Positions 1 through 11,204 of a stretch of DNA of 64,000 nt are shown here, piece by piece. A model generated the notes under the pieces. The model searched no databases. It saw only the letters and a list, made by a program, of their open reading frames with translations, and had not been told where the DNA came from. Source of the stretch: Aureliella sp. Its GTDB lineage: Bacteria > Planctomycetota > Planctomycetia > Pirellulales > Pirellulaceae. The stretch is taken from positions 672,001 to 736,000 of the forward strand of contig OY829846.1 in the NCBI GenBank assembly GCA_963691875.1, written 5' to 3'. Every line of letters starts with the position of its first letter. Within the stretch, counting starts at the first letter, position 1. A program made the position numbers and the translations under genes.

Positions 1-126
1 GAGAATAGCTTGCCGTCATGCTGACAGCTAGTGAAAGATTGCCCTTGAAACCCGATCGCAATTCTGGCATTAACCGACTTGTCGGCAATTCTGGCCAGTT
101 ACACGATCTTCACGAGTTGGCGTTAA

Positions 127-1722
127 ATGGAAACTCTGCGAAATCTCTGTACTCACACCTTTTCGCTGTTGCTTACTTTCTCGCTGGTGAACCCTGTCTG
201 GGCTCAGACGCCTTGGGAGTCCGCTCCAGCCAAGCCAGCGCCACTTCCCAGCATTCGACCCGATGTTGTTTCATCGCTGCCACCACCGCCAGCGAAAACC
301 AATCCGCAAGTTGCTCCTCCGCCTTACGGATCCTTGACGAACATCATTTCCAAAGAGGACGCGAGTACACCAACTCCGCCTCCAGCAAACCAACCGGGCG
401 TCGGATCGCTCACAAATCTGCCTGGTATGGCTGATCCAGCTCAAGCTAGAGTCTCATTGCCGCCACCTCTCGGAGTCGCGGCGACAAAAAGCACGAATAA
501 TCGCAATGTCAAGCAACCTTTACTGCCGTCTGGAGTAGGACGACAAATCCAATCAAGTAACGCATTTTCGTCGCTTGCCGTACCAACATTGGCAGCACTT
601 CCGTCAATTGACCAGACGAACTCCGGAGACTCAGCCGCACCCCAAATCACATCGCAGAATAATCAAGCGGTTCGGCCGGCATCCGTCTCCGTTCCAACAC
701 GCCCCAGTGCGTTTTCAAGCGGCATATTGGTTGCGGTAGTCGGAGACGAACACATTCTGGCAGGTGATCTCGCACAGTACGTAGAGCCAACCATTGAACA
801 GAACCGGGATCGCATCCCAAACGAAGCGGCAGAGCAGAAAATACGCGAACAGATCATTCGACAAGTGCTTAAGCAGTTCATTCAAACGAAGGCAATGTAT
901 CAGGAATTCTTCCATGATGCCGCCGGCACAGCGACTCCAAAGAAGCTTGCGGAAATGAAAGGCACCATCTTGCCACGTGCCGGCAAAATCTTCTTTCAGA
1001 AACAAGTGCCCGTAATGCAGGAAAAGTACAACGTCACCGACTTACAGGGCCTCGAAGAAAAGCTCCGCGAACGTTCGATGTCTCTCACAACAATGAAATC
1101 GATTTTCGTCGAACAGGTTTTGGCCGGTGAATTGGAACGTAAATATGTACCAGACACCTTCGAGGTCTCTCTGATGGAGCTAAGGGACCACTACGAAGAA
1201 CACAAGGCAGACTGGAACGAACCTGCCAAGGCGCGTTGGGAACAGCTTACCGTGCGATTCGACAAGCACAACAACAATCGTCGTGCCGTCGAAAAGCAAA
1301 TTCACGATCTGGGCAACGAGATCTTCCTCGGAGGAAAACAGTTCGAACAGGTAGCTAGGCAATCTTCGGAAGGCTACACGGCGAGCGAAGGCGGAAAGCA
1401 CGACTGGACAACTCAAGGTAGCTTGAAATCGAGACAACTCGACCAGCAACTCTTCTCCATTCCAACTGGGGAACTAAGCCAAGTAATCGCCGACGACATC
1501 GGCATGCACATCATCCGCGTTATTGAACGCACCCCGGCACGGGTGAAGCCGTTTACGGAAGCACAAGCGGAAATCCGCGAGACTATCTCGGGGCAGAAGA
1601 AACAAGAGGAACTCAAAAAGTTTCGCCAAAGAGTGATGAAGCGAACACCGGTTTGGTCTTTATGGCCAGAAGACTTGAAGGGCATCGCGGACCACGCTCG
1701 CCCACTTCAAGAAGCAACATAG
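127..1722 (+). CDS. Exported PpiC/parvulin-type peptidyl-prolyl isomerase (SurA/PrsA-like foldase)
   Basis: Signal peptide (..VNPVWA-Q) and long Pro-rich linker. C-terminal rotamase signature FEQVARQSSEG..GG..DW..GELSQVI.DDIGMHIIRV. Confidence 0.85.
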   Translation: METLRNLCTHTFSLLLTFSLVNPVWAQTPWESAPAKPAPLPSIRPDVVSSLPPPPAKTNPQVAPPPYGSLTNIISKEDASTPTPPPANQPGVGSLTNLPGMADPAQARVSLPPPLGVAATKSTNNRNVKQPLLPSGVGRQIQSSNAFSSLAVPTLAALPSIDQTNSGDSAAPQITSQNNQAVRPASVSVPTRPSAFSSGILVAVVGDEHILAGDLAQYVEPTIEQNRDRIPNEAAEQKIREQIIRQVLKQFIQTKAMYQEFFHDAAGTATPKKLAEMKGTILPRAGKIFFQKQVPVMQEKYNVTDLQGLEEKLRERSMSLTTMKSIFVEQVLAGELERKYVPDTFEVSLMELRDHYEEHKADWNEPAKARWEQLTVRFDKHNNNRRAVEKQIHDLGNEIFLGGKQFEQVARQSSEGYTASEGGKHDWTTQGSLKSRQLDQQLFSIPTGELSQVIADDIGMHIIRVIERTPARVKPFTEAQAEIRETISGQKKQEELKKFRQRVMKRTPVWSLWPEDLKGIADHARPLQEAT

Positions 1723-1799
1723 CAGCCCACTACTGACTTTACAAAACAACAAATTTCCAATCAGCGATTGGTGCACTATTTTTGACTCAGGGAAGAGAA

Positions 1800-2675
1800 A
1801 TGAAAAAGCATTTTTCAGTTGCAATGTTCGGATTGCTCGCTGTGAGCAATTCCATGTTCGTTGGTTGCGGCGGTGGCAAGGAATCCACTCCTCCTGTCGC
1901 CAGCTCTACTCCGGAAACAACTGAACCGGTCGCTAGTCCTTCGGCTACTAATGCGCCGCCTGCCGACGCAGCAGAAAATATGACAGTTGTGGCAGAAGGC
2001 GAGAACACGGAGCCTGCTCGTTCCGCGGCCATCTTCTTGGATAGTCTGCGAAGTGGGGATGAGGCTGCGGCCAACGGCCAGCTCACCGCACTGGCACGCG
2101 AGGAGCTGCAGAAGACGTCCTTCCAAATGCGACCATTAGGAACGCCTGAAGGCAAGTTCAAGATTGGCCGAGTGGTATTTCCTTACGCCGAGAAAACGGC
2201 CAGCTTGGTCGAGTGCATTTGGACGGAACCTGCAGTTGGTCAAGAGGCAGGAATCAACATGGAGATCGTCTGCGAAGTACACAAAGAGGCGGAAGGTTGG
2301 CGCATCGCTGCGATGACAGTGTCGACACCGGGTACCGACGACGCTCTTACTTTGGATTTTGAGAACGCCGCTGCGTTGCAAGCGGCTCTTGACGGTGCGA
2401 TCGGCGGAGAGTCTCCTGCCCCTCAAAGCAATCCCGCGGCAGCTGTACCGGCCCAGACGGTCTCAGGTGCAAATCAACTGCCTGCTGCAACGGCTCCACA
2501 AGCCGCTTCGGGCTCGATGCCCCAGTATCAGGTCCCTCCAGCAGGAACCGCTACACCTCCAGCAAACTATCCTGCTCTTCCACAACTGCCACCTGCTCAG
2601 CCGCAGGGGACAGCACCGCCAGCTAACACTGGCTCAGCGTTGCCGCCACTACCGCCCGTCGGTGGCAACGACTAA
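1800..2675 (+). CDS. Hypothetical lipoprotein with Pro/Ala-rich ends
   Basis: ATG at 1800 after GGAAGAG (ORF track starts at 1782). MKK, hydrophobic stretch, lipobox-like FVGC. Confidence 0.7.
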   Translation: MKKHFSVAMFGLLAVSNSMFVGCGGGKESTPPVASSTPETTEPVASPSATNAPPADAAENMTVVAEGENTEPARSAAIFLDSLRSGDEAAANGQLTALAREELQKTSFQMRPLGTPEGKFKIGRVVFPYAEKTASLVECIWTEPAVGQEAGINMEIVCEVHKEAEGWRIAAMTVSTPGTDDALTLDFENAAALQAALDGAIGGESPAPQSNPAAAVPAQTVSGANQLPAATAPQAASGSMPQYQVPPAGTATPPANYPALPQLPPAQPQGTAPPANTGSALPPLPPVGGND

Positions 2676-2705
2676 GGCGACGCAGTAAACACGAATCGAT
2701 CATGG

Positions 2706-2742
2706 ACGCCTGCAGCAAAATATGTTGCAGGCGTTTTTCTTT
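2706..2742 (+). terminator. Rho-independent terminator
   Basis: Stem ACGCCTGCAGCA/TGTTGCAGGCGT followed by TTTTCTTT, about 30 nt after the stop of the upstream CDS. Confidence 0.8.
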
Positions 2743-2789
2743 CCGCGCGGTGGTTCTATTCCGCTTGGCCGACTGAAACGACTGACCAC

Positions 2790-3641
2790 ATGAAGAATCA
2801 ATTTGAGAGCACTAAAGAACTCACCATCGCGACCAACGCAACAGTGCTTACGATTGCTGGATCGGATCCAAGCGGTGGCGCCGGGTTGCAGGCTGACTTG
2901 AAGACCTTTCAGCAGCTCGGCTGCTATGGCATGTCGGTTGTCACTCTACTTACCGTACAGAACACGCAGGGGGTGCACGCCATCGAAGTAATGCCGGTGG
3001 ATTTCGTGAGGGCGCAGCTCGAGAAGGTTATCTCCGATATACCGCCTCGTGCAATCAAGACCGGCGCCTTGGGAAACGCTGACGTGATTTGCAACTTGGC
3101 CGCTGAGCTAAGAAATACGCCATGCCCTTTGGTCGTCGATCCTGTGCTGGTGAGTAAGCATGGACACTCTTTGGGCGACGAAGCAACAGTAGAGGCATAC
3201 CGTGACGAGCTCGTTCCGATCGCGAATATCCTGACGCCGAACCGCTTTGAGGCAGAAGCTTTGCTTCAACGCAGGTGCAAATCGCTTCAAGACCTAGCTA
3301 ATGCTGCAGCCGCACTTCAAGCTCAAGGGCCGGACCTAGTGCTTCTTAAGGCGGGCGAGGTGGACGGCGAACACCATCACATGATCGCAACCGGAGGCGG
3401 AGAGGTTGTTGGACTTTCTCTCGAATCGCTTTACACAAAGAATAGCCACGGGGCCGGCTGTATCTTGTCCGCATTGCTCGCAGGCTATCTTACACTCCAT
3501 CTGCACGGAACGCTTGATTCAGAAATCCTGCACGCTGCCGTCAACTTTGCGGTGCCAGTCGTCCACCATGGACTGGAATATGCACCTAACCTTGGTCATG
3601 GCATTGGCCCCGTCGAAACGCGTGTCATCACAATAGACTGA
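2790..3641 (+). CDS. thiD: Hydroxymethylpyrimidine/phosphomethylpyrimidine kinase
   Basis: LTIAGSDPSGGAGLQADLKTF, TVQNTQGV, VVDPV, TPNRFEA and HGAGC motifs. Confidence 0.93.
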   Translation: MKNQFESTKELTIATNATVLTIAGSDPSGGAGLQADLKTFQQLGCYGMSVVTLLTVQNTQGVHAIEVMPVDFVRAQLEKVISDIPPRAIKTGALGNADVICNLAAELRNTPCPLVVDPVLVSKHGHSLGDEATVEAYRDELVPIANILTPNRFEAEALLQRRCKSLQDLANAAAALQAQGPDLVLLKAGEVDGEHHHMIATGGGEVVGLSLESLYTKNSHGAGCILSALLAGYLTLHLHGTLDSEILHAAVNFAVPVVHHGLEYAPNLGHGIGPVETRVITID

Positions 3642-3674
3642 CGAGAGGCGAAGAGTTCAGACTAAAAAGAGTAG

Positions 3675-4166
3675 CTATTCAAATTTACGTTGAAAAATCT
3701 GACTTGCGATGAAAGCCTGCTGAATACTGTTAGGTGATCGCAGCATTTCCACAATGGGATTTCCCATCGCTTTCTTGGCTGGTGCCTTGCCGTCGAGTGC
3801 GTTTGACGCTTTGCGGATTTTGACGATTTCATGGTCCATCACATCATGGATATGGCTGGACATCCGCTCGTCAGCGTGGCTAATCCTTTGAGCCAACTCT
3901 GGGCGATGAGAAACCGCCGGGTCCAGATGCCGAGTATCGATGTCGCTAATCGGATCGGGTCCTGCAAGGTCGGCATCGATAAGTTCAGCTTCGATGACCT
4001 CAGCCTCAATGGGCGCCCGTTCTGCCCGACGCACGTTTTTTGGAGGCCGAGCCTGAGAAGGTTGCTGAGTATTACGCTTCGGCGGAGGAGTGTTCAGCCC
4101 CTTCTTGACTTTCTCAGCAAGTCGTTCAGCAGCCTGTTGCAGGAACTTCTCAAGGTCTTTTACCAT
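3675..4166 (-). CDS. Hypothetical protein downstream of floA (YqfB-like position)
   Basis: 163-aa ORF co-oriented with floA, ending ..SIQQAFIASQIFQRK, similar to the C-terminal motif of floA-adjacent proteins. Confidence 0.6.
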   Translation of the reverse strand: MVKDLEKFLQQAAERLAEKVKKGLNTPPPKRNTQQPSQARPPKNVRRAERAPIEAEVIEAELIDADLAGPDPISDIDTRHLDPAVSHRPELAQRISHADERMSSHIHDVMDHEIVKIRKASNALDGKAPAKKAMGNPIVEMLRSPNSIQQAFIASQIFQRKFE

Positions 4167-4217
4167 TGAACATGCCTCGTAAAGTTTTTTAAGCCGCGGT
4201 TTGCTGCCGACTTGAGA

Positions 4218-5315
4218 CTAACTAGCATTCGCTGGGGTAGAAGGCTGTTGATCGCGTCCCCCTACGTCAGCAATACTCGCTCGCATCTTGGTATCGGCGT
4301 CAACATTCTTCAACTTGTAGTAATCCATGACATTCAAAGTTCCGCTAGCAAAGGCCGCAGCCATCGCCTTAGGCACATCGGCTTCTGCTTCAACAAGCGA
4401 AGCACGACTCATTTCAATCTTGGCTTGCATTTCCTGCTCCGTAGCCACGGCAGCAGCCCGCTTTCCCTCGGCTTTCGCTCTCGCGACTCGCATATCGGCT
4501 TCAGCTCGATCCGCCTGCAATCTCGCTCCGATATTCTCACCAACGTCGATGTCGGCAATATCGATCGACACGATTTCGAATGCGGTTTGAGCGTCGAGGC
4601 GTTTTGCGAGTACAGCTTTCGAGATCATGTCAGGGTTTTCCAAGACGACCTTATGGTCCTCGGCGGAACCGATTGCAGACACGATTCCTTCCCCGACACG
4701 AGCGATGATCGTTTCTTCCGTAGCACCACCAATTAGCTGTTCGATATTTGCACGCACTGTGACTCGAGCTTTTACCTTTAGCTGAATACCGTCGCGAGCA
4801 ACCGCGTCCAAGGAGATCCTCGCAGCGCCCTTGGGAGGACAGTCAATTACTTTGGGGTAAACACTCGTTTGTACGGCCTCAAGCACATCTCGTCCAGCGA
4901 GATCGATTGCAGCGGCTTCGCTAAAGCCGAGAGTGATCATCTTTGATTTGCGTGCGGCCACCAAAGCACGAATTACTTGCGGGACATTTCCCCCTGCAAG
5001 ATAGTGTGCTTCAAGATCGGTACCGGTAATCTCGTCATTGGTCAGCCCTGCTTGGACCGCCATAATTTTGGACCGAACAATCGTCCGTGCGTCAATCCGA
5101 CGAAACCACATCCCGATCAAATCCGCGAACCCGATGCCCGCTCGTGTTGTAACCGACTGAGCCCAAAGCCAGAAGAAGCTTGCGAGGACCGCGAACAGAC
5201 CAATCATGACGATAACCATGACTATGGCACCGACCAGCATAAGGATGTTGGTAAGATCGCCGTTTTGGCCTAGGGGTATCAAACTGGAGATTGCTTGCAG
5301 TTTCACGTTCCACAT
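4218..5315 (-). CDS. floA: Flotillin-like protein FloA (UPF0365/YqfA)
   Basis: N-terminal TM helix. [66 protein letters not shown]. Confidence 0.92.
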   Translation of the reverse strand: MWNVKLQAISSLIPLGQNGDLTNILMLVGAIVMVIVMIGLFAVLASFFWLWAQSVTTRAGIGFADLIGMWFRRIDARTIVRSKIMAVQAGLTNDEITGTDLEAHYLAGGNVPQVIRALVAARKSKMITLGFSEAAAIDLAGRDVLEAVQTSVYPKVIDCPPKGAARISLDAVARDGIQLKVKARVTVRANIEQLIGGATEETIIARVGEGIVSAIGSAEDHKVVLENPDMISKAVLAKRLDAQTAFEIVSIDIADIDVGENIGARLQADRAEADMRVARAKAEGKRAAAVATEQEMQAKIEMSRASLVEAEADVPKAMAAAFASGTLNVMDYYKLKNVDADTKMRASIADVGGRDQQPSTPANAS

Positions 5316-5700
5316 CCTTTGGGAGTCTGCTGGAGGACATCAGGGTGCTCGCGTATTTCGCCGAACCGAAGGCGGCCAAGGCATCTCTTGATGGATTCCC
5401 TTGCCGAGCTAGGATCCGTGCACAATCAGCTCGTGCGAGTGTAACCCATATCTTACCAGCTGAGATCTGGCAGTGAAACAATAGGGGAAAGCATCCTCAG
5501 AGCGAATTGCAGTTCATACTGGCGACATGAGCCAAACGAGCTGTTGCCGGGTTGATTCTATCGGGCACTTGTCGCGGAAGTCCTAAAGACTTTCGGTACC
5601 TGAGACGCCTTAAGCGTGGGTTTCTGAGGATCATGCATCAGCTCTTGACTAGCTTAAAAACGCGACTTTGTGGTCCGAACAAACGCAAAACTGGCTAACG

Positions 5701-6180
5701 CTACAGCCAGTCAGAAAGCACCTCGTGCACTTCGGCCCCTTCCATGTGTTCGTGTGCAAGTAATTCATCAACCAGAGATGCGAGTCCCTGCCAGACGTCG
5801 TTCCTTGCGAGAAAATGGTATACCTCCCGCGTCGTTTTCTCGAGAAGCCGAAGTCGCATTTGCTCGTCTACCGCGATTTCCGCGGCGAGTGACCAGGCCT
5901 TTGTCCAGTCGAGACTCCATTCTTGGACGAAAGCTGGATGATAGGGCTCGCCTGTGTGAATCATCTCCGCAGCGGGACCAGCAAGACTGACTTGGATACT
6001 TGCTTCGATTAGCATTCGATCCGTCAATTTGCCTGCCGGCCATTCCACCTCGATCTCACCATCGTGTCTCAGAGCGTCGTCGTCCCACTCGGGGTCGATG
6101 GTCACGAACTGCACATGAGCTCCGCAAAGATACGCCATCACTGCGTGCCCAGCCTCATGATAGGCACATACTTCGCTCAT
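5701..6180 (-). CDS. Stand-alone peptidase M41 (FtsH protease domain)-like zinc protein
   Basis: AYHEAGHAVMA and SLAGPAAE motifs; no AAA domain. Confidence 0.75.
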   Translation of the reverse strand: MSEVCAYHEAGHAVMAYLCGAHVQFVTIDPEWDDDALRHDGEIEVEWPAGKLTDRMLIEASIQVSLAGPAAEMIHTGEPYHPAFVQEWSLDWTKAWSLAAEIAVDEQMRLRLLEKTTREVYHFLARNDVWQGLASLVDELLAHEHMEGAEVHEVLSDWL

Positions 6181-6244
6181 AACCTGCAGCCCTTGAAAGA
6201 GCGAATCGAACTCAGCGGCTCATAATGCGATGGAATCCGAGGAA

Positions 6245-6607
6245 TCACTCGGCGGCTTCGCCTTTCGGTTTGACCAGGCAATGGAATCCCACGCAAATTT
6301 CCTCATCTTCGCGTTCCGTGGCAGCGCCCTGGAGCATCGCGTTGATGTGCGCAGTCTGCTGGGGATTGAGTGCGGCTGAGACGATGTGCTGCTTTCCGTT
6401 GGCACCGGTTACCACCGTGGTAAGAACAGCCATGGTGTTAGGATGCTGCAAGGCAGAAAGCACATGTTCGCCCATTTGAGTAACGGGATTCTTAATCTCT
6501 GTCACAAAGCGGGCCATTTGCTCTCGGGACAGATTCGTTGCATTGCCTTCGGCTGGCGCGGAACCCTCTGGTGATTGGTTGCCTGATTTAGGATTGGTTT
6601 CGTTCAT
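6245..6607 (-). CDS. Hypothetical protein
   Basis: 120-aa ORF with normal protein-like composition, co-oriented with its neighbour. Confidence 0.6.
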   Translation of the reverse strand: MNETNPKSGNQSPEGSAPAEGNATNLSREQMARFVTEIKNPVTQMGEHVLSALQHPNTMAVLTTVVTGANGKQHIVSAALNPQQTAHINAMLQGAATEREDEEICVGFHCLVKPKGEAAE

Positions 6608-6728
6608 GACACGTTCGTGAAGATGTAGTGTTTCAAAGACGAGCCTAGCATTGTAACGGCATTTCCCAGATGAAGCGTCCTCTGGTTTCGCAACGCCAGA
6701 GCTGATCAGGATTTGAAGCTGCGAAAAA

Positions 6729-6790
6729 AGGTAACCCGAAGTGTGAGCGAGGGGCAGCGAAGAATCGCTCGCTTACGCGGTGGGTTACCT
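6729..6790. repeat. REP-like inverted doublet (imperfect palindrome)
   Basis: AGGTAACCC-GAAG-TGTGAGCGAG (6729-6751) pairs with CTCGCTTACG-CGGT-GGGTTACCT (6768-6790). Intergenic between divergent genes. Confidence 0.65.
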
Positions 6791-6899
6791 TCAATTAGGG
6801 GCTTGCGCTAGCTGGAGCTCTGACAACCCTGTTCGCAACGCTTCGTGATATACTTTGATCCAATCAGATAGCTACGAGCCATAACTACAATGAGACAGG

Positions 6900-8084
6900 A
6901 TGATCCAACCAGTGAACGCACTTAATCCATCCGAGCGAGTATTAATGGGCCCAGGGCCGAGCGATGTTTCGGCTCGCGTCCTCAAAGCATTGTCAGCGCC
7001 TACGGTCGGACACTTGGACCCCGAGTATCTTCAGATCATGGATGAAACGCGCAGCTTGATGAGGCAAGTGTTTCAGACCAAGAACGAAATGACGCTTGCG
7101 ATTTCTGGAACGGGTTCGGCCGGCATGGAAGCCTGTGTTTGTAACCTAGTTGAGCCAGGTGATGAGATGTTGGCCTGCGTCAACGGAGTCTTTGGCGGCC
7201 GGATGAAAGATGTCGCCGACCGTTATGGTGCTACGGTCCATTCTATCGAAACCGACTGGGGCAAAGTTTTCGAACCTGAGCAGATTGCTGATACTTTGAA
7301 GGCCAATCCATCCATCAAGATAGTCGGAATCGTGCACGCAGAGACCAGCACAGGAGCTCAGCAGCCACTTGAGGATATAGCTCGAATCACTCACAACCAT
7401 GGTGCCCTCCTGATCGTTGATGCCGTCACGAGTCTTGGCGGCATCAACATACCTGTGGACTCGCTGGGAATCGACGCTTGCTATAGCGGAACCCAAAAGT
7501 GTTTAAGCTGTCCGCCTGGCTTGGCACCCGTCACTTTCTCCGAGCGAGCCTTGGAGAAGATTGACCAAAGACAGAGCAAAGTAACGAGTTGGTATCTGGA
7601 CGTGACGATGCTTCGAAATTATTGGGGAACCGATAGAGTCTATCACCACACGGCTCCCATCAACATGACCTATGCTTTGCGAGAAGCACTTCAAATCATC
7701 GTAGAAGAAGGCCTGCCGTCTCGTTTTGCTCGCCACGAACAAAACCACAGAATGTTAAGAGCAGGACTAGAAGCTATGGGCTTGCGTTACATCCCGGAGC
7801 ATTCGCTTGCGACACTCAACGCGGTTCACGTTCCCGATGGCGTCGACGATGCAATGGTCAGGAAGACCCTACTGTCAGACCATGGAATCGAGATTGGTGC
7901 TGGGCTCGGCCCTTTCAAGGGTCAGGCGTGGCGTATCGGATTGATGGGCACAAGCAGTACGGTGAGGAACGTCACTCTGATCCTCAGCGCTCTCGAGAGC
8001 CTCCTTCGACAGCAGGGCTATGAGCTAAAGCCGGGGGCTGCACTTGCTGCGGCAACTGAAACCGGAAAACTCTCTGTCGCTTGA
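6900..8084 (+). CDS. Alanine-glyoxylate/serine-pyruvate aminotransferase (class V, PLP)
   Basis: [45 protein letters not shown] (PLP lysine), YHHTAP. Confidence 0.92.
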   Translation: MIQPVNALNPSERVLMGPGPSDVSARVLKALSAPTVGHLDPEYLQIMDETRSLMRQVFQTKNEMTLAISGTGSAGMEACVCNLVEPGDEMLACVNGVFGGRMKDVADRYGATVHSIETDWGKVFEPEQIADTLKANPSIKIVGIVHAETSTGAQQPLEDIARITHNHGALLIVDAVTSLGGINIPVDSLGIDACYSGTQKCLSCPPGLAPVTFSERALEKIDQRQSKVTSWYLDVTMLRNYWGTDRVYHHTAPINMTYALREALQIIVEEGLPSRFARHEQNHRMLRAGLEAMGLRYIPEHSLATLNAVHVPDGVDDAMVRKTLLSDHGIEIGAGLGPFKGQAWRIGLMGTSSTVRNVTLILSALESLLRQQGYELKPGAALAAATETGKLSVA

Positions 8085-9541
8085 TGGACGCTCTTGTGAA
8101 CAACCTCCAACTAGAACAGCTCCGAGCACTGCTGCCCTCCGGTCGAGTCACCGACTCCTCTCCAGCCTTAGCTGCCTTTCAAAGTGATGGACTGACCGCG
8201 TTCGCGGTCAAGCCGAGCGCGGTCGTGGTGCCTCAAACCAAGAAAGAGGTAATTCAAACCGTTCGCTGGTGCCACGAACGGAATATTCCTTTTGTAGCTA
8301 GAGGTAGTGGGACGAGTCTTTCCGGTGGTTCGCTTCCGCATGCCGACGGCGTCGTTATCACCCTGAATCGACTGAACAAAATCAAGCATCTGGACCTTGA
8401 AAACCGGATTGCCGTCGTTGAGCCAGGCGTCATCAACTCGAAGGTAACTGCTGCAGTTTCGCATTCAAATCTCTACTATGCGCCGGACCCGAGCAGTCAA
8501 CAAGTCTGTACCATCGGCGGCAACATCGCCTTCAATTCTGGTGGAGCACACTGCCTCAAGTACGGCATGACTAGCAACCATGTTCTGGGTATGGAATTCG
8601 TCTTGCCAGATGGAACACTGATGAACGTCGGCGGCGATGGCGGGCAGTGCACAGGCCCAGATTTGACCGGAGTTTTGGTCGGGAGCGAGGGGCTCCTCGG
8701 AATTGCGACAGAAATCACCGTCAAACTCCTACCTAAACCCGAGAGCTTCCATACGGTCCTTGCCGGATATACGACGCTCCAGGACGCGGGCGCTGCTGTT
8801 GCAACCATCATTGGAAGCGGACTTCTTCCGGCTGCGATTGAGATCATGGACCGCTTGAGCATGCAGGCGGCAAATTCTGCAGTTGGTGCTGAGTATCCGT
8901 CCAACGTCGAGGCAGTGCTGATAGTCGAGCTGGATGGGAGCAAAGACGAGGTGAGCCACGAACGGAAGCTGCTTGACGATCTGCTGAAACAAAGCGGTGC
9001 TACCGCCGTGCACGTAGCCCAAAATCCGGAAGAACGCCTCACCATTTGGAAAGGTCGCAAGAGTGTCTTTTCAGCCGTCGGGCATCTGAGTCCAGACTTT
9101 ATCGTTCAGGACGGCGTGGTGCCGAGAAGCAGGCTAGGCTATGCACTGCAGAAGATCCAACAACTCAGCAGCGAGTACAAAATCGAAGTAGCGAACGTGT
9201 TTCATGCCGGTGATGGGAATTTGCATCCGCTCATCATGTTCGACGGTCGAAGAGAAGGCGAGCTGCATCGGGCCGAAGAGCTGGCGGCGAAGATCGTGCA
9301 GCTATGCGTCGACTTAGGCGGATCCATTACTGGCGAACATGGTGTTGGAATGGAGAAACGCCAGTTCCTCTCTGGAATGTTTTCCGACGAGTCGATCGAA
9401 TGCATGCGTCGCCTTCGAAATGCGTTCGATCCTCACGAAGTGGCCAATCGAGGCAAAATGTTCCCGGACTCCGAAGCCCCTTCCTTGAGCATGTATGGCT
9501 TGCATCCTCTCGAAAAGGCCGGTGTGGCTCAGCGGATGTAG
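8081..9541 (+). CDS. glcD: Glycolate oxidase FAD subunit GlcD-like (FAD-linked oxidase)
   Basis: [55 protein letters not shown]. Start codon lies at the upstream stop. Confidence 0.85.
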   Translation: MMDALVNNLQLEQLRALLPSGRVTDSSPALAAFQSDGLTAFAVKPSAVVVPQTKKEVIQTVRWCHERNIPFVARGSGTSLSGGSLPHADGVVITLNRLNKIKHLDLENRIAVVEPGVINSKVTAAVSHSNLYYAPDPSSQQVCTIGGNIAFNSGGAHCLKYGMTSNHVLGMEFVLPDGTLMNVGGDGGQCTGPDLTGVLVGSEGLLGIATEITVKLLPKPESFHTVLAGYTTLQDAGAAVATIIGSGLLPAAIEIMDRLSMQAANSAVGAEYPSNVEAVLIVELDGSKDEVSHERKLLDDLLKQSGATAVHVAQNPEERLTIWKGRKSVFSAVGHLSPDFIVQDGVVPRSRLGYALQKIQQLSSEYKIEVANVFHAGDGNLHPLIMFDGRREGELHRAEELAAKIVQLCVDLGGSITGEHGVGMEKRQFLSGMFSDESIECMRRLRNAFDPHEVANRGKMFPDSEAPSLSMYGLHPLEKAGVAQRM

Positions 9542-9583
9542 CTGAATAGAGAGTAACATAATCGCAAAGAATCGATCATAGTA

Positions 9584-10510
9584 ATGCCTCTACACCCCAC
9601 GTCAGTTGCCTTCTTGGAAGCCATCGAAGAACTTGGCGGTCCTAGCTGGCCCGAGCTCCCGCCAACCCGGAGTCGCGAGATCTTTGAGAGCTATCGCGAT
9701 CGCTTCGGCTTTAAAGTTGAGATGCATCAAGTCGACGAGTTGGCGACCGATTCGGGGATTCCCCTACGACTCTATCGCCCCACTGCCGAAGCGAAGTCCG
9801 CCGTACTCTATTTTCATGGCGGCGGCTGGGTGATCGGGAATCTCAACACGCACGACGCCCTTTGCAGGCAACTTGCGCATGACTCAGAGTCTATCGTCAT
9901 TGCAGTTGACTATCGTCTGGCTCCAGAGAATCCGTACCCAGCGGCGATCGACGATGTTGTCGACTCATTTCGCTTTTGCTCCGCCAATGCAGGTAATCTT
10001 GGAATCGACGACAAACGTCTCGCAGTTGCTGGCGACAGCGCGGGTGGAAATTTGGCTGCAGCCATTTGTTTAAGAGCACGAGATGCAGACTGGCAGGAAA
10101 CAATCGCCGCACAAGTCCTCATCTACCCAGTCATCGCGCGAGACATGGCGACACCCAGCTACCAAGACTACGCCGAAGGACATCTACTGACGCGAGACAC
10201 TATGCTGTGGTTCTGGCAGCAGTATTTGGGGACGACCGACATCGAACAAGCCAATTGCCCCTATGCAGACCTTCGTGGCCATGACTTGAAGAACCTACCT
10301 CCCGCTTTTATTGCAACGGCAGAATACGACGTACTGCGAAGCGAAGGGCAGCAGTATGCGGCGAGACTAAGGCAAGCCGGAGTGCCTACCGAAGCTCGCT
10401 GTTACGATGGCATGTTGCATGCATTCATTCACAACAGCCGGGTATTTGAAGATGGCTTGCGTGCCTCGCGTGAAATCGGTCAATGGCTGCAACAGGCTCT
10501 TTCATCATAG
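9584..10510 (+). CDS. HSL-family alpha/beta hydrolase (esterase/lipase)
   Basis: HGGGW oxyanion motif, GDSAGG nucleophile, AEYDVLR and HAF triad positions. Confidence 0.9.
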   Translation: MPLHPTSVAFLEAIEELGGPSWPELPPTRSREIFESYRDRFGFKVEMHQVDELATDSGIPLRLYRPTAEAKSAVLYFHGGGWVIGNLNTHDALCRQLAHDSESIVIAVDYRLAPENPYPAAIDDVVDSFRFCSANAGNLGIDDKRLAVAGDSAGGNLAAAICLRARDADWQETIAAQVLIYPVIARDMATPSYQDYAEGHLLTRDTMLWFWQQYLGTTDIEQANCPYADLRGHDLKNLPPAFIATAEYDVLRSEGQQYAARLRQAGVPTEARCYDGMLHAFIHNSRVFEDGLRASREIGQWLQQALSS

Positions 10511-11204
10511 AGCATGTCGGAACGTCTTAGGTCGAAATAACGTTCTTAGAACAGTAGTCGATCATCGGAATCCTCGCGCTTGCAAATCTGATCGCGATCG
10601 AATTCCGTAACCGTGTGATGTTGAATCTCGGCATCTCTATCTCTGTGATCGCGGCGATCGGGACCGGAAACAGAGTGTACTCGCTGTAACCCAATCCGAA
10701 ACACGCTCGTGCGTTCTGATTTAGCCACACTTGATGTGTGCTTTGCAGTGCTCGTCTGATGCTTGTTGAACTTAATGATCGTAGCAGCAACGCTGCTAAT
10801 CGTTGCAGTACCGAAAAATTTTCATCGTTAACACCGCGAACAACTCAGATCGCAACAAAACCAACTTATTACGGCAACGCCGGTCGGGTTACAGTGCGTC
10901 TCCATTCTCGATTTATATGTAAGTAATTCCGGTTTGTCGGTTGTGCAGGCCGTTCAAAGGCAACTGTGTGGAAAATGGAGAAGGCGTACAGCACACCCGC
11001 TCAAAACTCAGGCTATGTTTCTTCTTAGCTTGGCCGTTCGCCAAGCTTGTTCAGCGTTTCAGCAAAAACCCAGCCAGCAAGGTTCTCGGGAAAAAGGCGA
11101 AGTGATCGCGGGGTCATGGCGCAAAGTGGAGGGTCCCACGTGGACTGCCTCGCTGCCGCACGGGAAAGCAGAACAGGTCAGAAGTTCTGTTTTGGAGGTA
11201 GCCC

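Noticed and set aside
2743..2789. TPP riboswitch upstream of thiD
   Set aside because: The gap is short and lacks the CTGAGA core; only a terminator hairpin precedes it.
10511..11204. Short ORFs and a hydrophobic fragment (SIIGILALANLIAIEF..) after the esterase
   Set aside because: No start/RBS or recognisable family; possibly a remnant but unsupported.
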